Below are positions 42,090-64,000 of a stretch of DNA of 64,000 bases, piece by piece. Below the pieces are notes generated by a model. That model was not told the origin of the DNA. It was given only the letters and a program-made list of their open reading frames with translations, and did not search any database. Source of the DNA: Chrysomallon squamiferum (taxonomy: Eukaryota > Animalia > Mollusca). The stretch's first letter is position 1, and each line of letters opens with the position of its first letter. The stretch spans positions 10,354,001 to 10,418,000 of the forward strand of contig CM022676.1 in the NCBI GenBank assembly GCA_012295275.1, written 5' to 3'. The position numbers were made by a program, and so were the translations under genes.

Positions 42090-43371
42090 ATGTGTCTGTG
42101 TTTGTGTGTAAGTATGTTAGTATGTCTTTGGTTGGTTAGAGAGAAATTAATGTTGCCTAGGTAACAAACTATATATTATTTCTGTCTGTGTATTTGTATC
42201 TAAGTCTTTGGGTGTGTTTACAAATGCATGTGCACAACAGTGGTTGGCTAAGGAGAAAACTGTGTTGCTAGGAAACAAACAAGATACAAACCACCTCAAT
42301 GTCAGTCTTCTGTGGTTTTCGGCGATGTCCTGTGTTTAAATAAAAATTAATTAACGTTACTGGTGAAATAATTCAAACATATTAGTAAAATAAAAACATT
42401 TTGTCTACTAAAAACACAACTCTGCCCTGTCTCTGCTTCTACAGCCACTACTACTACAACAACTACAACTACAAATATTTAATACTGCTGCTATCACTGC
42501 TATTATTACTATTGCTAATGCTACTGCTACCCTTACTACTATTATTACTATTACTAGTACTACTACTACAACTACAACTACTACTATTTACTACTGCTGC
42601 TGCTATCACTATTACTACTATTGCTACTACTATGTCTACCCATACTACTACTACTACTACTACTACTACTGATATTACTACTACTACCATTACCTATTTA
42701 ACTTCTACAATTACTACTACTACTACTATTACTGTTACCATTAATTATCAACAAATACTACTATTGATATTACTTGTTATTATTACCACTACATCTACTG
42801 CAACTACTACTACTACTACTACTACTGCAGATGTCATTATGACTACTATCTACCTCTAGTTACTGGCAATAAAAATGAATAAAAATAGAAAACAAACACA
42901 CAGACATCATTAATGGAATAAATCAGTTTGGTTTCATACATTTGTATATTAACAATTAATAAACGTCAAATGTAGAATGAAAAAGAAAAACTTTAAACAT
43001 TTCACATTTTTTTTTTACAACTGTTTTTAAGGCTGTATTACATCAGCAAATTGAGCACATGTTGGAATGGTAAAAATACGAATACCTTCTTCAGTAATTT
43101 GCCTCTTGTAAATGAAAAAGAAGACCCCTGAAGCTATGATGATGCTAGTCAGAACCACAACAGTGCAAATAAGAATCACAGTGACTTTAGATTTTTCTAG
43201 AAAAATAGAAAATAAATTGGTGATTTTAAAATTTTCCAGATAAAAAAAAAAAGGAAATTAAATGAGTGATTTTAGAATTTCGTAAAAGAAAAAATGAAAA
43301 ATGGACAAAAATAACAGTAAATTTCAGATTTAATCAAATAAAAATAGAAGAAAAAAGAAAATAGTTCTGCT

Positions 43372-43442
<71 letters not shown>

Positions 43443-43730
43443 TTCACAGATACTGTTTTTAGTCTAAATTCATGATTACATTACGTACAAAATACTTTTG
43501 TTAAATAATGGAAAATAATGTTTTATGTGAAACCACTACGCCACTGATCCACTAATCATACTAATCCTATTATGGTTACCTTTAAGAGCAGTGGCCAAAG
43601 CTGTATACTTTGTTGTTTGGTCTACAGTACTATCAATACTGCCATTAGGAACGTGAGTGTCCTGCAGAAAATCTGTTGATACAGTTTTATATACAACTTA
43701 ACTTTTTTCAGATATCAGCCTTATCCTGTT

Positions 43731-43771
<41 letters not shown>

Positions 43772-43809
43772 TATATATATATGTGTGTATGTGTGTGTAT
43801 GTATGTATG

Positions 43810-43854
<45 letters not shown>

Positions 43855-43957
43855 CTATCTATCTGTCTATATATATATATATAAAACTTTATACATGTGT
43901 GTCTGTCTACACACACACACCCACACACATACACATGGACAGATGTATGTATGTATG

Positions 43958-44004
<47 letters not shown>

Positions 44005-45573
44005 ATGTGTGTAAATGCAACAGAATAATAATAATAATAACAATAATAATAATAATAATAATGATAATAATGATAACAAATACATAAATAAATTAATAAA
44101 TATCAGGTTACTCACAGTCAGTTTCTGCTACTCACCACATTACTCACAAATCAGTAACTTACCACTCACCACATTACTCAAAAAGGCAATAAGTGACTTT
44201 TGCTGTTTTACTCACAAGGAACGGTCAGTTTCTCCGACTGGACGCAGAGGTCAGTGCAGCCTATCAGCGCGTCCTCGGACACCAGGTTCGGGTTGTAGAC
44301 TTTGCAGCGGACCGTAATGGCTTTCCGCGACAACCGCATCGCCAACGTCAGCGTACTGTGACGTTCGAACGTGCAGCCGTACGGCCCACCCGACAGAAAC
44401 GGCAACCCCAACGACGCCTGCTCGGTGACGTTGTACTCGATGCCGTCGTGGAGGAGGAACCACCAGAACCAGCCCGCGGGTTTGCCGACGTTGCCGTTGC
44501 AGGTGAAAGTGACCTCCTCGTTCTCTTTGAACGTCGTCTTGTTCGGCAGCAGTTTTAGTGGGAAGGGTCGTCGAGGCTCAACTGAAGGAATAGAAAGATA
44601 GAAGGAAAGGATGAAGGATGGAAGAAATGAAGGAAAGAAGAAAATGAAGGAAGGAAAGGAAGAAAGGAAGAAAGAAAGAAAGAAAAATGGAAAGTATGAA
44701 GGAAAGGTAAAAGCAAGGAAAGAAGGAAAGAAAAAGGAAAGTATGGAGGAAAGGTAAAAGGAAGGAAGGAAAGAAAGAAAGAAAAAAAAAAAGTATGAAG
44801 GAAAGGTAAAAGGAAAGTAAGTAGGATGGAAGGACAGAAAAAAGATAATAAAAAACGGTGAAAAGTTAATAAAAAAAAAACAGAAAAAAGATAACAAAAA
44901 AGGAAATTCACAGAGAAAAGATTCGATATAAAAATATTAAAAAAAAAAATTAAAGAAAAGCAAGAACGAAATGAAACTAGAAATAGAAGCTGTTATCCCC
45001 CTTTACATTAGGTAAAAATACAAAAATGAAACTTCATAATATGCCAAGCTACTTCTGAATTAAAAAAAAAGTGGAGCGTCTGTAAATATCTCCCCTACCC
45101 TCGATCATATTATTCCACCGTATTTTCTCTCACATTCTCCAAAGACAAAAATGTAGACACAGTGTATTTCTTTTCTCTCTGCTCCCTAGTAAAAACGAAG
45201 TAGTTTATGTCTGCCTCCAACCTCTCCATTTAAGAACGTAGAAACTATATAATGATCTCCCCTACCCTCGATATATTATTATTCCAGTTTATTTTCTCTC
45301 ACATTCTCCTCTTTATAAAAATGTAGACACAGTGTTTTCTATCTGACTATAAGGTATAAAAACGGAAACAGTGTATATCTGGCTTCAATCATTCCGTTTA
45401 AAAACGTTGAAAATACATAATTATCTTCCCTACCGTCAGTATATTATTATTTCATTTTTTTTTTTTTTTCCTATCTCACTATAACTTAAAAAAAAACCAG
45501 TTTATAAACAGTTTATATCTGCCCTCCATACCTCCGTTTAAAAACGTGGAAAATACTTAATTATCTCCGTTCC

Positions 45574-45644
<71 letters not shown>

Positions 45645-46052
45645 ACCCCTCCACCTTTTTCCTAGAGTCCATACCAACCTCGTACAGTTAGGTTTAAAGG
45701 TTCTGATACAATCGTCTTGACAACGTCCTTAACATAATTCATCATGCACGTGTATTCGGCTTCATCTTCGCATTTGATCTCACGATACTTAACAGCAATG
45801 AACGACTGCGTGTCGTTGTAGTAGACGTCAGTTCTGTTACGTAGTGAGGTATGGACGTGTGCGTGGTTGTCGTAAAAGTCGACAATTTGTAGAAACCGGT
45901 TACGTTTGGTTTCTTTGGTTTCTTTGGTTTCTCTTTTCCATACTGAAATGTTTGCGACGGTTTCGTTGTCGTGGATGTAGTATTTGCATATGATGACGTT
46001 GGTGGCGTTGTTTTGCAGTTCAATGTCTATTCGACTGCAAAGATATACGTCT

Positions 46053-46089
<37 letters not shown>

Positions 46090-47064
46090 TGAAATTGTTG
46101 ATGATAATAATAATAATAATAATGAAATTGATAATAATAATAATAATAATAAATAATAATAATAATAATGAGAAAAAAAGAAAAGCAAATGAATTATTAA
46201 AAACAGTTATATTTATAACAAACATACATGCATCATACATACACAAAAACACACTTACATCATATACAAAAACACAAAAAACATGTATACTCACACATAC
46301 ACACATACAAACATAACCATATAAATACATGTTTCCCCTCTGAAATTTACAAAAATGACAAGACGGAAAAATACAATTGTTATTCATGAAATAAGACACA
46401 AACTGAACCCTGGTTTGTTTGATGATAGGACAAAAGATCGGGTTTTGTCGTCAATGTCACCCGAAACATTGGGGGATGACAGGTGACAGGGGGGAGGTAA
46501 ATTTCTGTGTACATGTATATAAATATAGACATGTTATGGATAATAAACTGGGATGGTGATCTACCGTGTGTGTGTGTGTGTGTGTGTGTTTTACGAAGAT
46601 ATTTGACCATATTTTTCAAGTAGGGATATTTCGTTCTTTTACATTTTATTCTCTCTTATGTAAATATCAGGATGTTACGTAATAAAGCCACCATTATGAT
46701 TACGTAATCCACATCGTCATTTTAACTTTACTTATTAAAAAAGTTTATAATAATAAGAAAGAAAGAAAGAAATAATAACACATTACTTAAAATATCTATG
46801 TGCAAAGAAATGAACACTGAACAGGTAATACTTTCATGGTGATTCTAAACCAACTGATTTAAGCTTATATTAAACTGTTACCGCTGAAAAAACCTTTTAG
46901 TATTCCTGCTTAATGAACGCGGCTGATTCTTACAGAAAATTACGTTCGTGCAATCTTTCAAACTGACGCTATATTTGCTAGAAAAACTTTTAAAATCTCA
47001 ACTTACCTGTAGCAAAAATAACCAAAATGAATATTTTGTTCAGTAGATCGTTTAACTTCTGCAT
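41719..47064 (-). CDS. Ig-superfamily type I membrane receptor A (signal-V-C2-stalk-TM-short tail), 7 exons, ~371 aa
   Basis: Exons 47064-47007 (MQKLNDLLNKIFILVIFAT), 46050-45679 (V-like, C...W...KCEDEAEYTC), 44581-44216 (C2-like, FTCNGNVGKPAGWFWW...VRCKV), 43672-43580 (stalk), 43196-43086 (TM VTVILICTVVVLTSIIIASGVFFFIYKR), 42329-42295 (35-nt microexon), 41799-41719 (stop). All GT-AG, phases consistent, 1116 nt. Ig and TM exons are secure; small exons less so. Confidence 0.82.
45080..45580. repeat. Diverged ~165-bp tandem repeat (about 3 copies) in receptor A intron 2
   Basis: Recurring ATCTCCCCTACCCTCGAT...ATTTTCTCTCACATTCTCC...AAAAATGTAGACACAGTGT and CCGTTTAAAAACGT blocks. Confidence 0.7.
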
Positions 47065-48105
47065 TAGCTGATCAAGAAAAAACATATTTCTGTGATTTTA
47101 GGTGAAAATTCTGCAGTATTAGTGAGAAATAACTCTCTCAATATACACATCAGAAGATCCCATGGTGCATCGTGCGTGACGTAATATGTAACTTCGGAAA
47201 TAGTCGTTCATTTTCGGAATTCCGATGTTTTTACGGAACCAGGCGAACACTTCCCAAACACATACGAAAGTAATTAATAACATTTTATTTTTATTTTTAG
47301 CTTTATTAACGCTTTAAAAGTAATTTTTTTTTTTTATCTAATTACCTAAATCAGTTTATTGGAGCCTTTTCAATAAGTGTTATATAGTTAAACAGATTAA
47401 TTATAATTTATAATACAAATGTAAAACATGGCAAATGACATATAAAAAAGTACCCATCCAAAAAAACCTGCATATTTATGGAATTCTAAGGTACTTTTGA
47501 AGACCAGATCAAAAAAGTTATATAGACGTCTGATATATTTGAATGTGATTGATTCTGGACACAGTTTTAAATTTGAAATTAAAACTGAGTGTCTCGTACA
47601 TCATGAATTTCCAGCGAGTGTCAGATGCCGTACACAACAAGGCGTCCAGTATTTTTAGATCCGACAATTTTAATAAATAATATTTGATAAAAAATAATAT
47701 TTTGTCTTTAATGGGAATCATAGAGGGATGACGTCAATTAACATGGAAACTTGTAAACGCACCCATTATTTGTATGCAGCCATTTTAAATCACAGAGTTT
47801 CACTGTTAGAAAATTATGGAAAATCAGATATGCTACGGCTTTGAAACTTAATTTTAACAGTTTGGAATTTGGACATTTATAGATTTTCAAAACACTTTGG
47901 GAACTCAGATTCCCGTTCAACCATTAAAAAATAATAGCGTCATTTAAAATCTGGGAGCACTGTACTTTTTTGTTAACAAGTAAAGGTAACCAGCCATGTT
48001 GTAAGATGGGCTATGGTCCTATATTACAAAGGCCATGTAATTAAATTAATGAAATCTTTAAATAAATATTATTTTTGTACACATGAAAAAAAATGTATGT
48101 GTATG

Positions 48106-48367
48106 CAGGGGCTATGACGATGGTGTATGTGGGGGTCAAGCCATTTCTTTGTTCCTGGGCCCAAAAGCCAACAAGGGCCCCACAGCAAGCGTGCATTAAC
48201 TGAATGTGTTTGTTTCATTATGTTATGTCTGATCTTGGAAATAAAGCATTTATGAGAATTTGCATGTAGATTTACTGGATATCAGATGTTCAATTTTTAG
48301 AAAAATCTTTGCTGCTTTGGGGGCCCCAAAGGGGTTTTATAACAACTTCAATTTTTTTGAGGCCCTG
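48106..48367. mobile_element. Possible degraded hAT-like MITE relic
   Basis: Begins CAGGGGC, ends GGCCCTG, contains several GGGCCC(C) motifs in otherwise AT-rich DNA; no clean 8-bp target-site duplication. Confidence 0.3.
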
Positions 48368-48438
48368 TGTGGTTATGTGCTATAAACAAAAACAAAACAA
48401 AAAAATTATAGGAAAAGCTTTTTATTTTATTATATTTT

Positions 48439-48487
<49 letters not shown>

Positions 48488-48721
48488 AAAGAAAGAAACA
48501 AAAAGAAACAAAAAAACATTAATAAAATAATAAAAAACCCATAAATAAATAAATAAAAATTCCAGGAATTCGTTAGCTTTTACTGGAACATACATATTCG
48601 TTTAAAAATTGTTAATAGTGACTATAATATACTGCTCAGACAATTGAGGGTTTACATTTTAGCATCTTAATTTTCTTCTGAATTTGAAATTCACAACAAT
48701 ACAACAGTCTGCTGTATCAAG

Positions 48722-48882
48722 TTAGTGTCTATGAAATGTGTGTTTTCTTCCCTGCAATAAAAAATTATACAAAGATATAATCAACATAGATAAATCGCTA
48801 AATAGACAGACACATACATACCTACATAGACATACACATCAATCAAAAGACAGATACATACATGAATATATATATATATAGA

Positions 48883-48922
<40 letters not shown>

Positions 48923-50345
48923 TAAAGACAATAAATAAATATATGTAGGACCAATAGGTAGATACACACATATACTGTGTGTCTGTGTGTGTGTGTGTGT
49001 GTGTGTACTCAGGCATGTTAGGAATGTCTTTATGCATGCATGCATGTATGCACATGTTTGTATGCATGTATTTAGGTACAGAAAATTCTCTGGACTTGAG
49101 TACATCTGATTAGATTTGGTATACAGAAGAAAAACAAAACAAATGAAAGTAAAATTTATAAACAAGATTAAAAAAAAAGAAAAAAAAAGGATTTAATTAC
49201 ATCATCATCCAATTTCCAGTATGGAGTAAGAGCCTCTGAAAATAATAACAGAAATAATGATGATGATGATGATGATGATGATTATGATAATAACAATAAT
49301 AAACAGTAACAATAAGAACAAAGACAGCTATAAGAATGGAATAATACTAATAACAACAACAACTTTGGTTTTAACAACTACATCAGCAACAGAAACAACA
49401 TCAAACAGCTTAACTTGATTTTTTTTAAATATAGAAATCTTACATTGTAATTAAAAATGAATACTAAAATCATAACATCAGCAGCAACAACAAAAACAAC
49501 AAAACAAATCCATCAATGTAACCCCATCAATTATGTATCTGATCTTATTATTAATACTGGATACAACAACAACATTTTTTTAATATAAAAGAAAACAATG
49601 ACAATAATATAATAAAGGTTGTTGATGTTATTAAGAATAATAATTTCCTTGATATTAACAACAATAATAATATTGAAACTGACAGAACAATAATATTATT
49701 CATTATGAACATTAATTATTTAGATATTAATAACAATTGTCATATTGACAACAATAACGAAATTAATACCAACAATAGTTTTAATAACAATGATCTTAAA
49801 ATTAAAACCAGTTTAATTTTCATATTAATAACAATAATTATGTTGACATTAATGATAACAATCTTAGTTTTAACAATAACATTAATATAATGACAAAATA
49901 ATATTAATGCCCATCATGGTCAACAGTAATAATACTTTTTATACCAACAATAATAATAATTTTGATATCAACAATAACATCAATATAATAATGATACAAT
50001 AATAATATTAATAATAAACTTCATATCAACAAAAATATTATGATAATAACATGAACATCACTAACAAACGTAACATGAATGACAACGCTGATAATGACAT
50101 CATCAACCACAACAACATCTCAGTAAAAAAATCAGCTACCTTTGTTTGTTTTATTGTGTTTTCTTCTCTCAATCACAAAGAAGATGACTAATGAGACGGC
50201 AATAACAATGACACCAGCAGCAGATAGAATAAGAATGATGTAAGCAGATTTTGGGGCCTGAATGTAATTAGAATCAAAATATACAAAACACTTATATAAT
50301 ATGTACATATATTTGTGTGTGTGAGTGTGTATGTGTGTACATGTA

Positions 50346-50387
<42 letters not shown>

Positions 50388-51284
50388 TTTGTGTGTGAAT
50401 ACACTTATGTAATATGTAAATGTATATATGTGTGTGTGAATGTAATTGGAATCTCATACAGAGTAAATATGTAAGTATTATGTATTTGTGTGTGTATATG
50501 TGTATGTGTATATATACACACACAGACACATATATGTCTGTATATATATATATATATATATATATCTATCAGAAATATGTATGAATTTGTAGATATGTAT
50601 ATATTTACATGTGTGTGTTCTGTGTGTATACACATAGGAATGCATGCATGTGTATGTAAGTGTGAAAATAAATATAAATGTATGTGTATATGCACGTGTA
50701 TACCACCACCACCACCACAACAACAACAACAACCAACCATACAAACAAATCTGATAAACTTACTGACAGTAACCTTAGACTGTGTTTGTTTTGCTGTCAA
50801 AATGCACACGCACACATGCACATGGAAAAAGAGAAAAAAGAAGAAATTAAGAACTCAATAATAAATCATTCAATTAACTGATCAACTGATTGATCGATCG
50901 ATCATGTGTTTTCTTGTAACAATGCTTATATATATGTTAATTTATGTTTTTTTAATCTATTTAGGAATATATTTATTTTAGATTATATCTTTTAATTAAT
51001 TAATTAAACTTTATTTTACTTCATTTATTTATTTATTTTATTTTATTTTGATTATTTAATTTAATTTAATTTTATTTTATTTACTTATATATTTTATTTT
51101 ATTTATTTACCTATTTATTTAATTTATTTTCTATATTTACCAATTTATTTATTTTATTTTATATATTTATTTTAATTAACTAATTAATTATCAATTTATT
51201 TATTTTCATTAATCAGTTGATTTCTTTATTTCTATATTTACTTATTTAACTAATGAAATAAACTATTTATTTATTTATTCATTA

Positions 51285-51334
<50 letters not shown>

Positions 51335-51870
51335 ATTTTATTTTTAATTGTTAATGCAGATTACAGGCACTACACCTCACAACGATACTTACCTAGGATT
51401 TTCAGAGAGTTGGATCTGCTGCAGATTTCCTCAGGACAAATCAATTCATTACCCCTATTTGTCTCAACAGCAGGTTGGTGCACTCGACACAACACCTTAC
51501 AACCATTCGTCTCACTGGTCATTCTTAGGTTAAGCTTCCCGGTTCTTTCAAACGTGCAGGTGTCGTTACCAATGGACTGTCGAGGAGGGCTCAGTTCAGC
51601 TTCTTCTGTGATGTTGTATTTGACGTCTGCGTATTCCAAAAACCACCAGAAGACACCCGCGGGCTTTCCCACGTTCCCCGTGCACGTGAAAGTGACCGTT
51701 TGGTTTTGTTTGTAGACGCTTTTCTCGGGAGAAGCGTACAACGTTGGTTTCTGCGGTTTGGCTGAAGAAGGTAGCATCGGAAGAAACTAGATATTAGTAA
51801 AAAGGATGGTGGGAAAAAGAAAAAAAAATGGAAATAGGTCTATATAAAATTATGCGTTTGTATGTGTGTC

Positions 51871-51958
<88 letters not shown>

Positions 51959-52624
51959 CCGAAATGCTCGTTTCGTTTCGTTAAAAGCTAGATTTATTTT
52001 TCCGTATAACGCATATCACTTCGAATAAATAAATAAATAAAATAAATAAAATAAATAAATAATTTCTTTCTGAAAGTAATAAAAAAAAGAAGCAGAAGAA
52101 AAAAACAAAAGGTCGATTTCTTCCAAAGAGAAATGAGTTATTCCGTATTTTTCCGAAAACAAACGGCATTTTCCAAAAGTTTAGAACAGCAGATGAAAAA
52201 TACAGATCTCTCACCTTGCAGTTTGAATACCATTTCTTTCGACATCTGCTTCGTGCTTTTATCAAAATAATTTACCTTGCACTGGTACACTGCTTCATCT
52301 GAACACTTAACACTAGAAAAGTTTATTGAAGAAAATTGGCCTATCGTAACTTCAAAAAACACTCTTCGTAAGTAATTTTTCTCAACACCAGTGTACTTCG
52401 CCGGCTTCCGCGGAGTTTCGGAAACCTCGAATAGTTGTTCGTATTTTCCTCCTTTTTTCTTTTTGGACCAAACCACGCTGGTAATATTTCCTGTCGTTAC
52501 CTTGTAACTACACAAAAGTTTCACAGGTCCCTCTCCAAGAACACCGACTTTCGCAGGTAAATAAATAGAAACGTTCTGACCAAGGCATATATCTAGGTAA
52601 ATAAATAAATAAATAAATAACAGA

Positions 52625-52707
<83 letters not shown>

Positions 52708-53398
52708 TAGTAGTAGTAGTAATAATAAAATAACAACAATAATAATAATAATAGAAAAGATGAAGAATAAGTAGGAAAGAAAGAAAGATTTCCAGAATAG
52801 GCAGTACAGGTACCGGACCAATTATCCGGCGTCCTGAAATCCGGAAAGACCAGAAAACCGGAAGTACTTTTCCCGACGCTATTTTCATAGTTCGCGCGCG
52901 CGGGTGTTGTCCTCACCAGACCGGAACTACTCTTTCAAGCCACGTGTCGTTCATTCACTCGCCGCATTGTTTACGTGTCGAGTCGCCACAGTTCTGTATC
53001 GTCAATTTTCTTTATGTTTTTAATTTTAAAAATGTTTATGCCTAATTATTTACGTATTTAGATGCCTTGGTACCAGAAAACCGGAAAATCCAGAAATCCG
53101 AATGCCTCAGGCCCCAAAGGAGTCCGGATAATTGGTCCGGTACCTGTAGTAGGACTGAATGACAGTATTTCTTTATTAATGAAAGTTTAGACTGTTTCGT
53201 GTGTGTGTGTGTGTGTGTGTGCGTGTGTGTCTGTGTGTGTATTCGCTTTTCAAATTTGTCAAATTGACACTTTATCTTTTTGTCGTCAGTTTTAATAGAG
53301 TTAACAGTTGCTCATGTTGGTAATTTAGACGTGGAAAGATTGGTTGATCTAACAAAGCTTTTCAGGCGAAAAATAAGAATATAATTATCTTCACTAAC

Positions 53399-53430
<32 letters not shown>

Positions 53431-53582
53431 CGAAACAACAACAAGAACAAAAAAAAAGTACCAAAATACCTAAACTGCAAGGTTACTCTTACATATATTT
53501 ACATATAAAATGAATTGTTGTACAAACCTAATGCAAACGAGATCCAAACACTGACGTAACTTGTCGCAGAAATCACCATCAT
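48722..53582 (-). CDS. Ig-superfamily type I membrane receptor B (signal-V-C2-TM-short tail), 7 exons, ~336 aa
   Basis: Exons 53582-53528 (MMVISATSYVSVWISFAL), 52592-52215 (V-like, KCSDEAVYQC), 51761-51393 (C2-like, FTCTGNVGKPAGVFWW), 50793-50768 (microexon, donor ambiguous), 50257-50140 (TM AYIILILSAAGVIVIAVSLVIFFVIERRK), 49235-49201 (35-nt microexon EALTPYWKLDDD), 48751-48722 (last exon, tentative). Same exon plan as receptor A. Confidence 0.78.
52807..53146. mobile_element. Non-autonomous Tc1/mariner-pogo-type MITE, 340 bp, in intron 1 of receptor B
   Basis: Perfect 23-bp terminal inverted repeats CAGGTACCGGACCAATTATCCGG (52807-52829) / CCGGATAATTGGTCCGGTACCTG (53124-53146), TA on both flanks (52805-52806, 53147-53148), internal CCAGAAAACCGGAA subterminal repeats, no transposase. 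Confidence 0.9.
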
Positions 53583-54536
53583 CTTGTTGTACAAGGTAAA
53601 CGACTTGAGAATAAACAAAGAAAACCTGCGATAAATATTTCGTTAATTGTCATTCTTGTCTCAAGATGTCGAATGAACACACGACACATCTCATAATTCT
53701 GGTTTTACGTCATAGCTATGTTCAAGATGACGTCAGGAAAGCACCTTCCGGAATAATTTGCTAAGAATCGTTTACTACTTAAAACTGTTATTTTATATAT
53801 ATATAAGCATAAATAATAAACCAGCATTACTTCTATTTTGTTTAAGGTCTTTAATGGGAGGAGTTCTAAATAAATAAATAAATAAATGGAGAAAGAAAGA
53901 AAGAATGTATGTTTATGTATGTCTGTGTATGTATGTATGTGTGTGTGTGTGTGTGCGTGCGTGTGTTCCTTTTGTATTTGGAAGATCCCTTTTATTATTA
54001 TTATTATTATTATGATCATTCTTGTTTTTTTGTTGTTTTTTTGTTGTTGTTATGGCTCTTCTTCTGCTTCTTCTTTTATTTTGTTTTGTTACCGGAATGT
54101 CTTCATAACAAAAATATATTGTTTCCTAATAGTCAAATATCTCTCTTGTTTGTTTATACATACACACACACATACATACATACATACATACATACATAAA
54201 TACATACATACATGTATATGTGGCTGTCTGCTTATATCTGGGTGCATGTATATATATCTTCACATATGAAAACGAATAAAATGGAACAAATTAAATAACA
54301 AAATGAAGGTAATAACGATGAATACAAAATTCTGATAATTTATTATCAGTTTGATATAAATAATTATAAAATATATCACATACATAGGCTATTTACGTCA
54401 ACACAAATGTTATATTTGTTTAGGAGTTGTGTATGCAGACATAATTAAAGTCTACCTTTGGAAATCCGCAATAAAAGTCAAATAAAATTCTTCATTGTTC
54501 CAAGTTATTATTGTTATTATTGTTATTATTATTATC

Positions 54537-54576
<40 letters not shown>

Positions 54577-54704
54577 GTTGTTGTTGTTGTTACTGTTTTC
54601 TTTTCAGAGCGATACATCTTCATTCGTGACGTCATTTCGTAGGTATGCTTTTCTTTTTCCTACCATGAAAGAAGAATGGCGTCGTCCTAATATTTTAAAA
54701 TCGT

Positions 54705-54737
<33 letters not shown>

Positions 54738-54963
54738 AATAATAAATAAATTTAAAAAAATTAAAAAAATGAATAAGATGAAATATGCAGAATTCATTTA
54801 AAACCAGCGTATCTTCAAAGGTACACTATAAATCGTATACGTATACGTATGAGTTTGTCGACTCAGTATTTGCTGAGCGATATCTCTGAAGTGTCTACAC
54901 GACGTAGGCCGTTACGACGTCATCGACACACATTCGGCTTTCCTCCCATCCAGTATGCGTCGA

Positions 54964-63252
<8,289 letters not shown>

Positions 63253-64000
63253 ACAATTGACGGAGGTCAGCCTGCTGTGAAATGTTTATTCTATCACGAA
63301 ACCCTCTTGGCTGACAGAATTGTGATGTAACGGTGGCACGCACGCACAAAGATGTGCAGATTACGTCAGAAATAGTTGCAGAAGCATGGAAGTGACGTCA
63401 TTAATTTGGGGCATTCAACCGATTCCCGTGCGTAATGTTAACACACAAACAATGACCAGTCTAATCACTAATTTCTACATACTGAGTGGTTTTAATGTTT
63501 TCTGCTTTGACGAAATAGTTCGTAGCGTATTAGATTTCGTTTTATTTGCTTTTATTAGTCGAAACCAAAATCGCCGAAGTAACAGCCCAACTTCATGTTG
63601 AAGCTATTGTTAAAATTAATCTTTTACCTTCTTGTGACGTGAGAATGTATTTTATGACGTCAACAAAGAAGACATTGATGTTTATTTATCATGAAACCTA
63701 TGGATCGTTTTGACGGAAATAATCAGAATTAATGTGTTTGAAACGCGCTGGAATAAAACTTGCCTTCGACTGATTAGTACTTTTCTTATTTTTGTGAAAG
63801 GTAACTGTTCATTTAATTTATTTGCCTTGAAAATTATCACTACCATTAGTATTAGTGCTTTTACTGCTACTATTGAGTTACTACATTTACTACTATTACT
63901 ATTACCAGTTAGATATCCAACAATAATGTTTAAATAACTTTGATACGTCCAAATTAAAAATTGAAAAAAATAAATCCCAAATATTTCGTCTAATTTTTCA

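Overview
Eukaryotic, AT-rich, extremely microsatellite-dense DNA with spliceosomal introns. A mollusc/lophotrochozoan is my inference from gene content and repeat style; it is not provable here. Almost all ORFs in the supplied track are microsatellite artefacts. Hand splicing recovers: (i) a minus-strand signal-peptide first exon at 14784-14841 whose remaining exons lie left of the window or were not found; (ii) a complete 10-exon plus-strand SLC1/EAAT-family transporter (22121-31815, ~519 aa) with strongly altered ion-coupling motifs (NMDG->NRDG, loss of the TM7 Glu and the TM8 Na1 Asp); (iii) a tandem minus-strand cluster of three paralogous single-pass Ig-superfamily receptors (signal-V-C2-TM-tail; 41719-47064, 48722-53582, 54964-63252) with very different cytoplasmic tails, one with ITIM-like motifs and a 28 x 10-aa Tyr-containing repeat; (iv) a TA-flanked 340-bp MITE. 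The most striking unexplained pattern is that several intronic minisatellites are built from a copy of the exon end plus its 5' splice site. This gives arrays of decoy donors behind real exons (2 in SLC1, 2 in the Ig genes), each time with an in-frame stop before the first decoy. All coordinates and counts were read by eye.
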